Positions 1 through 9,054 of a stretch of DNA of 28,771 nt are shown piece after piece. The notes beneath the pieces are model-generated. The model ran no database searches, was not told the origin of the DNA, and saw only the letters and a program-made list of their open reading frames with translations. How positions within the stretch are numbered: position 1 is the first letter of the stretch; each line of letters starts with the position of its first letter. The position numbers and the translations under genes are program-made. This stretch comes from Candidatus Heimdallarchaeota archaeon. GTDB taxonomy: Archaea; Asgardarchaeota; Heimdallarchaeia; Heimdallarchaeales; Heimdallarchaeaceae. The stretch covers positions 1 to 28,771 of the forward strand of contig DAOVET010000031.1 in assembly GCA_030668825.1 (NCBI GenBank), in the 5' to 3' direction.

Positions 1-942
1 AAGCACATGACTCCCAGAGATAGGAAATCCAAAAATAGTTGCTAGAAAAATAACACTACTAGTTGCAAGCTCAATACTAAAAGCATCAGAAGGTTTTATT
101 GCTATTAAATTGTTACCAACATTTTTGATTACGTTTCTTCCGATAACGATTATTCCTAGAGCAATCATAGCTCCTACAGCCATAACTATGTAGATTGGAT
201 TTATACCTGTTGCAGTAAATTTCGTGAATATGCTTGAAGTTAAACCTACTCCTGGTTTGGCTATTAAAAAGAATGGCATGAAGTTTCGTAAAGAATCATT
301 CTCTATTAAACCATATAAAATACCTAATGCATTTGCTGAATCATTTCCTCCTCTACTGAACTGTGACCAACCAACTGCTACAATGAGTAGTACAGCAAAT
401 ATCCTCTCAATTTTTTCAACTCTATCCAATCCTTTCTGCATTTTCGAAAGAAATTTTTCTATTAGAATTTTGAAAATAATAGCTCCAATAAACCCTAGTA
501 AAGGCGAAATTACCCACCCTAATGCTACTTCTCCAAGTGTTCCCCAATCCATAGATTGACCAAATGATCCTGACTCTTGAAAACTCCAAACAATTGCTAC
601 TCCAAAAACAGCTCCAACTACTGAGTGTGTAGTCGAAATTGGAGCTCCTGTTTGTGAAGCTACAACCAACCAAATAGTTGTACTAATAATAATTGCAAAA
701 AGCATATAGATATTGTACTCTACATTTTCTCCTAGAAGATTTTCTCCAATGGTTTTACTTACGCTTTCTGAAAAAAATACCACCCCTAAGAAAACAAGTA
801 TTGCTCCTAGAGCAATTGCATATTTTGTTTTTACAGCTTTACTCCCCACTAAAGTTGCCATAGTCTCATCATTACTTCCGATGCCAAAGGCTAAGGCTAG
901 CATCAAAATCAGAAGAATGATAACTATAACTGCAACTGTCAT
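1..942 (-). CDS. pitA: Inorganic phosphate transporter, PiT/PHO4 family (3'-truncated by window edge; not in ORF track)
   Basis: Manual translation from ATG at 942: MTVAVIVIILLILMLALAFGIGSNDETMATLVGS...GAPISTTHSVVGAVFG...GGNDSANALG...GFPISGSHVL. Both PiT signature repeats (GxND; PxSxxH) are present, the protein is hydrophobic, and it lies downstream of DUF47. Confidence 0.93.
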   Translation of the reverse strand, partial: MTVAVIVIILLILMLALAFGIGSNDETMATLVGSKAVKTKYAIALGAILVFLGVVFFSESVSKTIGENLLGENVEYNIYMLFAIIISTTIWLVVASQTGAPISTTHSVVGAVFGVAIVWSFQESGSFGQSMDWGTLGEVALGWVISPLLGFIGAIIFKILIEKFLSKMQKGLDRVEKIERIFAVLLIVAVGWSQFSRGGNDSANALGILYGLIENDSLRNFMPFFLIAKPGVGLTSSIFTKFTATGINPIYIVMAVGAMIALGIIVIGRNVIKNVGNNLIAIKPSDAFSIELATSSVIFLATIFGFPISGSHVL

Positions 943-969
943 TGATAATCTACTTCCATAATTTTATGA

Positions 970-1641
970 TTATAGTGCATATTTGTGGATAAGTATAAAG
1001 ACTCTGTCTGCGAAAATTTCAGCTCTATCAGCAGCTTCCATTAAATATTTGATTAGAGTTTCAGTATATCTAAAAGCTTGAAAATCGTGTTGGTAATTAT
1101 AATTCAGCTTTTGAAGCTCCCATTGTTTTTCTCTAACAGATCTTCTTAAATTTGTTATATTGGTAATATTCTCTCTTGCTTTTTCAAAATTATCTTGGAC
1201 ATTGATTACCATTTCATGAACTTGGGCTCCAATTTGATTGTTTAATTCGGCTATTTCTTTAATTCCTTCTCTCAGATTTTCATTGATTTCAACTTGAAAA
1301 AGAAGTAATTTTCTTACAACAATTTCTATTTTGTCTGTGATTTTATCTATGTTTTCAATAGTTTGAATACGATCAGTTCTGGAAAAAACCATTGTTTCTC
1401 TAGAAAAAATTCTTTCGAAAATCTTTTCTTTCGTTCTATCTTGCTGTTTCTCTAAAGCTATGGTTTCATCAGCGTATTTTTGAGCTTCTGTGAAATTACC
1501 CTCAACATATGCTAAAACAGCTTTTTTCATTGTTTCAAATGCTTTTTTTGTCAACTCACTACATTCTGTAAACAATTCTTTCAGACTTCTAGCATGCTTT
1601 TTGCGTGAAAATATTTTTATCACCTTTATTTTATTCTGCAT
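970..1641 (-). CDS. DUF47 / PhoU-like phosphate transport regulator
   Basis: All-helical with EKQQD...K, FSRTDR...IDKITD and C-terminal MEAADRAE patterns typical of DUF47; canonical DUF47-PiT gene pair. Start may be a few codons downstream. Confidence 0.88.
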   Translation of the reverse strand: MQNKIKVIKIFSRKKHARSLKELFTECSELTKKAFETMKKAVLAYVEGNFTEAQKYADETIALEKQQDRTKEKIFERIFSRETMVFSRTDRIQTIENIDKITDKIEIVVRKLLLFQVEINENLREGIKEIAELNNQIGAQVHEMVINVQDNFEKARENITNITNLRRSVREKQWELQKLNYNYQHDFQAFRYTETLIKYLMEAADRAEIFADRVFILIHKYAL

Positions 1642-1833
1642 TGCAAAGATATTAACTTTTCTTTAAACCTAATTTTATCCTTTGCTTTTAGGTTTCATTT
1701 AATTGATGTTCTTTGTATTAGAAGTTTTTCGAAAAATGCTTGAAAGGCTGTATAACCTTCAAACAAGGCTTAAAGAATTTCTGTATGATTATATTTAAAA
1801 GTTAGAATTTGATAATATACTTAGGAAATTTTA

Positions 1834-2106
1834 ATGAGTGAAAAGAATCCAGTGGAAATTCAAAAATCAACAGAAGCACTTTTTAGAAAACTTCGAACAG
1901 TTTCCTTCATTTTCATTGTATTAACTTTCTTGTTCTTTGGATTAGGAGTAGGTTTTGGGTGGAATTACATTTTAACTATCTACTTAATGATTGGATGTAT
2001 GATCATTGCATTTGTACTACCTTTCTCTGTTAAAAGAATAAGAATCAAAAGAGATATGGAATTGGTTAAACTTATGCATCTAGATTCAGGCGGTAGGAGG
2101 ATCTGA
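1834..2106 (+). CDS. Small hypothetical membrane protein (2 TM helices)
   Basis: 90 aa with two hydrophobic segments and a basic C-terminal flank; TATA-like TATTTAAA about 40 nt upstream. Confidence 0.7.
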   Translation: MSEKNPVEIQKSTEALFRKLRTVSFIFIVLTFLFFGLGVGFGWNYILTIYLMIGCMIIAFVLPFSVKRIRIKRDMELVKLMHLDSGGRRI

Positions 2107-2110
2107 TATA

Positions 2111-3730
2111 TCAAATCGAAATTTCGCCTTCTAATAGTTTATCAGATATTACATCTATTACTTTTATTTTGCACGTATTGCCAATGATTGGTTTTTCAGA
2201 GTATACACTAATAGCTGGTCCACTGAAAATGGGATAACCAATAAAAGTATTTTTTCTAACTTTATCTTTTTCAGCAATAATAGTAATCATTTCTTCCCCT
2301 ATCATTTGCTTCTTCTTTTCTAAATTAAATTGAATAATAGCTTCTTTCAGTTCATTTCGACGGATATTTAAAAGATGTCTTTTTGTTGGTAATGGAACAC
2401 CAGTTACAGTAAAAGGAGAACCAGGTAAAGATAAATACCTATAAACAGTAATTTTATCAGCAAAATTGGAAAGTTTGTTATCGACTACTTCTTTAGTCAT
2501 TTCTAGAGATTTTACTGTTTCTCCAGGTAATGAATGAATTAAATAGATCTGTGGGGATAAACCTTCATCAAAAAAGAATCTTGAAGCTTCTAAGGCGGTA
2601 TTAGGCTCTGAAGGTCTTCCTATTTTGTTACTAAGTGATTTATCAAATGTTTCACAACCAATACTGATAGATGTTTTGGGAAGATACTTACCAATCAAAC
2701 TAGCTATCTCCTTTGTAACTAGTGATGGTTTGACATTTTCAATTGAAATGCTGCAAACTTTTTCTTGGTTGTCTCTAATTTCTGATAGAGATTGCAATAA
2801 GTTAGCAATTTCAACATAGTTTGCTTCGGGTTTGGTTGGGGAATAGATTTCTTCTTTTTTTCGACCTCGGAAATAATCCAAAAATCCTGGAGCTGATAGA
2901 ACTATTCTTCTCACTCCTTTATTCAATAAATCTTCAACTTCTTTTTCTACTTGATTGAGTTTCTTACTTCTTGGTGCCCCGAAGGTTGCAGATACTGAAC
3001 AGAAACCACACCCAGCAGGGATATTTTCAGGGCAATCTCCAGTACTAATGGTATCAGGATCATCACACTCACCACATTCACTACATCCTCCCGCTGTTTT
3101 AACCAATTCTCCTCTGTAATGGTTTGAACATCCTCTAACTAGTTCAACATAAACTTTAGAAAACCAGTAATCGGGATAGTCCAATATTCTTTCTGTTGAA
3201 GGTATGAATTCTTCAAATATTTCAGTTCCTGATATACTCTTTTCTTTTACGAGTAAAGCACCGTTTTTCTTCTCAATACTAAATTTATCTGCGGATTTTT
3301 GTTCTTGAAAAAAACTGAAATCAAAACCACATCTGATTAACTCTTCTATAATTCTCTCGCCTTCACCAATAACACCCACATCAAATTGAATTTCCTTAAT
3401 TAGATCCTTCTCTGAAAGAATAGGACCACCAATGATTATTTTGCTATTCTGTTGCTTTTTTGATATTTTTTGAACTGCTTTCTGGACAGCTACTTTGTCC
3501 ACAGACATAGCACTGATGAGAAATAAGTCAGATGAATTAACACCTTCCTCGTTTTCTTCTATAAAATCCTCTACTCTTGTTATGCGAACATTTACTTTGT
3601 ATTTTTCAAATACTCCTGCTACTAATCGTGGTCCTGCTCCAATAGTGTCCCTTGAAAATTTTCTTCTCCCCTTATTAGCAGCTAAGGCATCCACGATTAA
3701 AACATTCATCAATCGCAAGTGTTCTTCCAC
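2111..3730 (-). CDS. Radical SAM protein with N-terminal B12-binding-like domain and C-terminal TRAM-like domain
   Basis: ISAMS...IIIGGP...GEGE (cobalamin-binding-like), VELVRGC...GCGFC split radical SAM motif, IGCET, HSLPGET, YLSLPGSP, and a beta-rich TRAM-like C-terminus. Confidence 0.85.
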   Translation of the reverse strand: MEEHLRLMNVLIVDALAANKGRRKFSRDTIGAGPRLVAGVFEKYKVNVRITRVEDFIEENEEGVNSSDLFLISAMSVDKVAVQKAVQKISKKQQNSKIIIGGPILSEKDLIKEIQFDVGVIGEGERIIEELIRCGFDFSFFQEQKSADKFSIEKKNGALLVKEKSISGTEIFEEFIPSTERILDYPDYWFSKVYVELVRGCSNHYRGELVKTAGGCSECGECDDPDTISTGDCPENIPAGCGFCSVSATFGAPRSKKLNQVEKEVEDLLNKGVRRIVLSAPGFLDYFRGRKKEEIYSPTKPEANYVEIANLLQSLSEIRDNQEKVCSISIENVKPSLVTKEIASLIGKYLPKTSISIGCETFDKSLSNKIGRPSEPNTALEASRFFFDEGLSPQIYLIHSLPGETVKSLEMTKEVVDNKLSNFADKITVYRYLSLPGSPFTVTGVPLPTKRHLLNIRRNELKEAIIQFNLEKKKQMIGEEMITIIAEKDKVRKNTFIGYPIFSGPAISVYSEKPIIGNTCKIKVIDVISDKLLEGEISI

Positions 3731-3802
3731 ATATTAAATTATTTCTTTACTTATATAATCGTTCCAGATTTGAGAAATATAATTCAAATAATTTAAGTTT
3801 AG

Positions 3803-3819
3803 ATGAAAACATATAAATA
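3803..3819 (+). promoter_or_regulatory. BRE/TATA promoter of sui1
   Basis: ATGAAAAC-ATATAAATA about 25-30 nt upstream of the GTG start at 3842, consistent with a leaderless or short-leader archaeal transcript. Confidence 0.55.
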
Positions 3820-3841
3820 ACATCTTGACGTTTGGTAATTT

Positions 3842-4159
3842 GTGCTAGAAGACGAATTATGTATGGTATGTGGCTTACCTCAAGATCTTTGCGTATGTGA
3901 AGAGATAGCCAAGGAAGAGCAGATTATTAGGGTTTTTATGGTTAAACGAAGGTACGGTAAGAAGTATACTCTTGTTACTGGTATTGATCCAAATGAAGTC
4001 GATCTTAGTGCTTTAGCCAAGAAATTGAAATCAAAACTTGCTTGTGGTGGAACTTACAAAGAAGGAAGAATAGAACTTCAAGGAGACCATAGATTCAAAA
4101 TCAAAGGTATTCTAGAAAATTCTGGTTTTGCCTCAAATAATATTGAAGTACAATTCTAA
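3842..4159 (+). CDS. sui1: Translation initiation factor aIF1 (SUI1 family)
   Basis: CxxCGLPxDLCVC N-terminus, KRRYGK loop, LKSKLACGGT, IELQGDHR: diagnostic archaeal SUI1 motifs. Confidence 0.96.
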   Translation: MLEDELCMVCGLPQDLCVCEEIAKEEQIIRVFMVKRRYGKKYTLVTGIDPNEVDLSALAKKLKSKLACGGTYKEGRIELQGDHRFKIKGILENSGFASNNIEVQF

Positions 4160-4164
4160 CTAAG

Positions 4165-4443
4165 GTGAACTACATTCGAAAATCTAAGAAAGCTACCCGA
4201 ATAGATAAATCTTCAAAGGCTAAAAGAAGAAGAGGTTCTAATGACGAAATTGTAAAAGTTTGTCCCGTTTGTTTTTTCCCTGCAAAAATTGAATCTAGTT
4301 TTTATATCATGTATTATTTTACTTGTTCAAATGAAAACTGCAATTGGCAAGGTCCTACACCAGTTGAGGTACGGCTTGAGGATTATAAGGAATTTATTAA
4401 TGAGCATCTTAAGGATTCTTCCTTCCAAGAAAGCGATAATTAG
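4165..4443 (+). CDS. Hypothetical Zn-ribbon protein with basic N-terminal tail
   Basis: CPVC...CSNENCNWQGP (two Cys pairs); first 25 aa K/R-rich; starts 5 nt after the sui1 stop. Confidence 0.75.
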   Translation: MNYIRKSKKATRIDKSSKAKRRRGSNDEIVKVCPVCFFPAKIESSFYIMYYFTCSNENCNWQGPTPVEVRLEDYKEFINEHLKDSSFQESDN

Positions 4444-4482
4444 AAATATTTATCAAACTACCATCTACAATGGGATGTAATT

Positions 4483-5319
4483 ATGAAACCTGCAATCGTT
4501 ATAGATAGTTCTTCTGAACTACCTCAGAAGCTTTATCCGAAGTATAATATCTTTCCTCTAGGTTATGTTATAAGAGATTCTAACAATGAAACTCATAAAG
4601 AGCGAACACAGGTTCAAACATTACAAACAAGCAAGCTACTCTCAATAATTTCCAACGATAATAATGCACAGCTTTTTGCTCCCAGCATAAAGGATTTTGT
4701 AGAGCTTTATACTTTTCTCTCAGAAGAATTTGATTCTATTATCAGCATTCATTCTTCTTTTGCAACCCCTGCTGTATTTGAGAACGCTTTGGTAGCAAAG
4801 AAACTTGTTTCTGAAATAAGTATTGATGTTATTGATACTCATACATTAGGTTCTTCTTCTGGTTTATTTGTTGAAGAATTGTCAAAATTCATCGTAGAAG
4901 CTAAGAATATTAATGAAATCAGAAAGGAAACAATAAGTTTAGACAAACACATTAATTCCTTCATAATAACGAAGAATGAACATTTAAACTTAACAGGTTT
5001 AAAGAAAATTGATTGGAGAAAGAGCTTAACTACATCGTTCAAAACATATAGTTTGTACAATTATTTCCAGACTAATTGGAACATTCTCTCTAACAGTCGA
5101 AACACAAACAAGCTTTTTTACAAAATACAAGAAAAATTGGCGGTTATTATTAAAACTAAAGATCTGAGAAATGTGTTTTACACATCCAGTAAGAATTTTT
5201 CAAAAGATACTAAATCCACTTTAAGCAAAATGAGGAAAATCCCTAAAACTGAAACAAAATCTTCTCTAGTTGCTTATTATTTGTTAGGAGATAATTCATT
5301 TGATATCTCTTTCATTTAA
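4483..5319 (+). CDS. Degenerate DegV-family protein
   Basis: IVIDSSSELP, APSIKDFVELY, IISIHSS and IDVIDT match the DegV N-terminal domain; the GGR and HxGxG motifs are absent. Confidence 0.75.
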   Translation: MKPAIVIDSSSELPQKLYPKYNIFPLGYVIRDSNNETHKERTQVQTLQTSKLLSIISNDNNAQLFAPSIKDFVELYTFLSEEFDSIISIHSSFATPAVFENALVAKKLVSEISIDVIDTHTLGSSSGLFVEELSKFIVEAKNINEIRKETISLDKHINSFIITKNEHLNLTGLKKIDWRKSLTTSFKTYSLYNYFQTNWNILSNSRNTNKLFYKIQEKLAVIIKTKDLRNVFYTSSKNFSKDTKSTLSKMRKIPKTETKSSLVAYYLLGDNSFDISFI

Positions 5320-5325
5320 TCCATA

Positions 5326-6132
5326 TCATGGTTGGATTCTATAAAATGTGCATGTGTTATTGAAAGTTATATCAGCTAATAGTTTCTCATCTAAATCAAG
5401 CATCTTAGCTGCTTTGTCACAAAATATTGGAATGCTAGTTGGATCATTATTTACTCCTTTCTCTAACGAATGAAATGGACTGTCGGTTTCAAACATTAGG
5501 CTGTCTAATGAAGTTGCTTTGAGGATTTTTTGAAAGTTTTTTCTATAAACTGCGCTTGTTGGAACAGTTATGTACCATGATAATTTAGAGATTTCACTAG
5601 CTTGTTCTTCTGTACCTCCAAAACAGTGCATAAGAACGTCCTCAGCTCCTTTCTCTTTGAGAATTTCAATTGCTTTGCCCTCTGCTCCTCTTGAATGGAT
5701 CACAATTGGTTTATCATGTTCTTGAGCAAAATCTATTAACTTTCTAAAGTATTTTTCTTGAAGTTTTCTTAAATCAGATTCTTTTATCCAATGAAAATCA
5801 AGACCAATTTCACCTATTGCCATGATGTTATCTTCATTTTCATTGAAAAATTTTACAAATTGATCATATCTCTCTTGGGAGATTTTTGTTGTTTCAACAC
5901 CTATTGATAGATAAATTTCTCTGAATTGTATGGTTTCTAGTCCAAACTGATATTTTTCTTCTTCTAGTGCACTATTTACAATAACTTTCACATTTGCTCG
6001 TTGAGATTTTTCGACAATTATCTCAATATCCTCCATGGTAAACCAATCAGGAACCAGATGGCAATGACCATCTGCATATGAAGTACCAGATTCTTTTTCG
6101 CTTAATATTGAGGAGTCTGTCTGAGAAAACAT
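5326..6132 (-). CDS. tatD: TatD-family metal-dependent hydrolase/nuclease
   Basis: DGHCH, IGEIGLD, IVIHSR, MHCF, FETDSP. Confidence 0.93.
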   Translation of the reverse strand: MFSQTDSSILSEKESGTSYADGHCHLVPDWFTMEDIEIIVEKSQRANVKVIVNSALEEEKYQFGLETIQFREIYLSIGVETTKISQERYDQFVKFFNENEDNIMAIGEIGLDFHWIKESDLRKLQEKYFRKLIDFAQEHDKPIVIHSRGAEGKAIEILKEKGAEDVLMHCFGGTEEQASEISKLSWYITVPTSAVYRKNFQKILKATSLDSLMFETDSPFHSLEKGVNNDPTSIPIFCDKAAKMLDLDEKLLADITFNNTCTFYRIQP

Positions 6133-6142
6133 TTCATCACAA

Positions 6143-7120
6143 CTATAGTAGTTTTTCTTTGAATACCTGAAGCATATCTAGTCCTCTAATTTCTCTATCT
6201 AATGCTTCAATTTCTGTAATGATTGTTTCTGGAAAAGCTGATTTGATATACTCGATATTCTTTAGGTGCTCTTTGTGTCTATGCATACAATAGGAGCAAC
6301 CATCATTAGCTGGATTTATCTGATTTACTACTGCAAATTTATGTGAAATAAGATGTTGATCTAGTTCTTCAACGAGTCTTTCCGTTTCAAAAACACTCAT
6401 CATTGTTGGAATTAGTACTTTAATGAATTGTGTTTGTTCTTCATCCATCAGCTTGTCTCTCGCAACCAAAACCTTCTCTTTCATAGTTTCAAGAGTTTCA
6501 ACAGTTCTATCCTTCTCTTGACTTCCTCCAAACAAGGATTTCATCATTGTCATAGCGTTTGAAATGAAGGTTTTCATTTTAAGCATTCTTCCTAAAAATG
6601 AATCAAGGAACTCAGGAATATTTAATAATCGTAAAGTGTGACCAGTTGGAGCTGTATCAAGGATTACTGTGTCGTATATCTCATCCTCTGCATATTCTAG
6701 AATTTTTGCGAAAGATAAGGCTTCATCCATACCTGGAGGTGGAATTGATTTTAAATCTTGACCCAAACCTTGTTGTAATTCCCCCAAACCAGGAATAGCC
6801 GAAAATTGTGAGAATTGATCTGAATCAACAGGTTGTCCTATAGCCTTAGATATTTCCTCACCTGCTGCAGCAGGATTGATTTCAAGAGCAAATAGGTCAC
6901 CAGCAACTCCTTTGACTTTAGTTATTTCACCCTTAGAAAAATCCATATCAAATGAATCAGAAACACTATGGGCAGGGTCAGTTGAGATAATTAAAACTCT
7001 TTTACCTAGTTCAGCCAAAGCTATTCCTAGTGCTGAGGCAACGCTTGTTTTTCCTACTCCTCCTTTTCCCCCAACTAAAATGTATTTTAGATCCATGCTA
7101 GTAATTTCTTTTAAGGACAT
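6143..7120 (-). CDS. get3: Get3/TRC40 (ArsA-family) ATPase, tail-anchored protein targeting factor
   Basis: GKGGVGKT P-loop, STDPAH, DTAPTGHTLRLL, single ATPase domain, Met-rich insert (MLKMKTFISNAMTMMKSLFGG) and CSYC dimer Zn motif. ATG at 7120 preferred over the track's TTG at 7129. Confidence 0.88.
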   Translation of the reverse strand: MSLKEITSMDLKYILVGGKGGVGKTSVASALGIALAELGKRVLIISTDPAHSVSDSFDMDFSKGEITKVKGVAGDLFALEINPAAAGEEISKAIGQPVDSDQFSQFSAIPGLGELQQGLGQDLKSIPPPGMDEALSFAKILEYAEDEIYDTVILDTAPTGHTLRLLNIPEFLDSFLGRMLKMKTFISNAMTMMKSLFGGSQEKDRTVETLETMKEKVLVARDKLMDEEQTQFIKVLIPTMMSVFETERLVEELDQHLISHKFAVVNQINPANDGCSYCMHRHKEHLKNIEYIKSAFPETIITEIEALDREIRGLDMLQVFKEKLL

Positions 7121-7188
7121 CAAAATCAATTGCTTCTTGTTATATATAAAATATGAGATTTGTTGAAGTTTTAAAGAAAAAGAAAAGA

Positions 7189-7980
7189 TTACCTTCTTTT
7201 CTTGGTTTTTCTTTTAATCTGCTTCTTACTTTTTTGAATAACGGTTCCTTTTTTATCCCTTTGTTTCTCCTTCCCTTTCTTAGCTTCTCGAGGTCTCTTA
7301 AAAACAAGATAATCAATTAAAACAAGAGCGCCTATTCCAAATACTATTGCTAATGAATAATACAAGATATTCAACCAGAGCTTTGCATCTAAAACTACAA
7401 TATTCTCAGGTTTAATAGATGAAATGAAGAATCTCTGAGACTGTGCATTATATTTTTTTTCATCAATGCCGTAATATTCAATAGTAGTTGGTTCTAAAGT
7501 AAAGTTTCCTTCAGAAAGAGGTTTGAAGTAATAGTAATAGTATATAGTTGCATTTGGTTCTACTATAACATACTTTTGGGTTGTTAAATTTAAACTAGAA
7601 ATAGCCCAATCAGAAAAACTTGGATCAACTATTGTAAGATTATATGCAGTTTGATTACCAATGTTCTTAATAGTAATATTAACAAAAACCCATTCCTCGA
7701 TATCTGGGTTGATTTCTGTATCGTTAACATCTTTAGCAAGATCAAGAATGGGCCTATCAAGGAAAGAATCATTGATTTGACTAAATGTTTGAAGAGTCTT
7801 GTCTATTGTTGTAGTCATATTGTTTTCCGAATTAATAGCTATTGCACTATTAATGGATGAGTGTGAAATAGTTAAGCCTAGAAATAGCATAATTGTAAGA
7901 TATACTGTTGTGGGTCTAGAGATTCTTTTAATCATTGATTTCTTATTCCTTAATCTTCTAAACATGCTTGAATCAGCCAA
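7189..7980 (-). CDS. Type I membrane protein with Ig-like domain, TRAP-beta (SSR2)/BatD-like
   Basis: Signal peptide, VNITIKNIGNQTAYNLTIVDPSF...EPNAT...FKPLSEGNFTLEPTTIEY, C-terminal TM helix, very basic cytosolic tail, 9 N-x-S/T sequons. The true start is probably ATG 7935 or 7965. Confidence 0.7.
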   Translation of the reverse strand: MADSSMFRRLRNKKSMIKRISRPTTVYLTIMLFLGLTISHSSINSAIAINSENNMTTTIDKTLQTFSQINDSFLDRPILDLAKDVNDTEINPDIEEWVFVNITIKNIGNQTAYNLTIVDPSFSDWAISSLNLTTQKYVIVEPNATIYYYYYFKPLSEGNFTLEPTTIEYYGIDEKKYNAQSQRFFISSIKPENIVVLDAKLWLNILYYSLAIVFGIGALVLIDYLVFKRPREAKKGKEKQRDKKGTVIQKSKKQIKRKTKKRR

Positions 7981-8110
7981 TTTAAATATTTTGCTCTTCT
8001 GTATCTTTCTTTGTTCACATTCAGAAATTAATCTCTAATTATTCAAACCATTATTATTTGTTCATAAAAGTAGTAAATATTTAAAAAAAAGCTATTTTAA
8101 CAATACAGCT

Positions 8111-8998
8111 ATGACAGTTAAGATCATATGTGACACAAGCGCCGATTTAAACTTACAAAATGATGAAACACTATACGAGAAATATGACATTGAGTGGGTT
8201 CCAATGCAAGTTATGTTTGGAACAGAAGCATACAAGGAATTAGAAAATCTAAAAACATCAGAATTTTATGAAAAACTTTCTAAAACTGATGTTCATCCTA
8301 CAACCTCTCAGTCTACTCAAGCAGATTTACTTGTAGCTTATGAGAAATTTGGAGACAAAGTTGATGAAATTATCTCTATACACATCTCAGGAGAAATTAG
8401 TGGAGCTGTAGCCAGTGCTCGTATGGCTAAAAAAATGTATGAAAAACAGCATCCAGATGGAGCAAAAGTACACATTTTTGATTCCAAAACAGCTAGTGCG
8501 AACTTCGGATTAATTGCTTTAAAAGCAGCAATTCTTGCTAAGGAAGGTTTGAGTGCCGAAGAAATTGTACCTAAGCTTGATGAGTGGAGAACTAAAGATC
8601 AATCCTTCTACTTTACAGTAAAAGACCTAAAATGGCTGTTTCAAGGGGGAAGATTGAGCAGGACAAAATATGTCCTAGGTTCTCTTTTATCAAAAATTCC
8701 TATTTTCCAAATGATAGATGGGAAAATTGTACCCGTTAAAAGTGTTTCAGGAAAGGATGCTGCTATACAAACTATAATTGAGATGCAGATGAAAGATTTG
8801 CAGGTTGATCCAAGTGAATTAACATTGCATTTCACCCAAGCACAAATTTACTCTGAAACAAAAGAGATTGCAGCTCAATTAGTAGAACAATATCCAGGTT
8901 TGAAAATAGGTAAAATCTTCTCTATGGGTGGTGTAATAGCTTCTCATACTGGTCCTGGAACAATTGGTATAATACTTACAAAAAACTTTGAATATTAA
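8111..8998 (+). CDS. degV: DegV/FakB-family fatty acid-binding protein
   Basis: CDTSADL, PTTSQ, ISGEISG, FDSK, LFQGGRLS, SHTGPG. Confidence 0.93.
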   Translation: MTVKIICDTSADLNLQNDETLYEKYDIEWVPMQVMFGTEAYKELENLKTSEFYEKLSKTDVHPTTSQSTQADLLVAYEKFGDKVDEIISIHISGEISGAVASARMAKKMYEKQHPDGAKVHIFDSKTASANFGLIALKAAILAKEGLSAEEIVPKLDEWRTKDQSFYFTVKDLKWLFQGGRLSRTKYVLGSLLSKIPIFQMIDGKIVPVKSVSGKDAAIQTIIEMQMKDLQVDPSELTLHFTQAQIYSETKEIAAQLVEQYPGLKIGKIFSMGGVIASHTGPGTIGIILTKNFEY

Positions 8999-9054
8999 AT
9001 TTAAACAAGCAAAGTTTAAATTTAACTTTTTTTTCTTTCCATTAGGTTTATCAG

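Noticed and set aside
224-961. Track ORFs 224-559(+), 422-673(-) and 713-961(+)
   Set aside because: Antisense or off-frame shadows of the PiT gene (942 to <1).
6143-7120. Arsenite efflux ATPase ArsA
   Set aside because: Single ATPase domain, Get3-type insert and CxxC, and no ars genes nearby.
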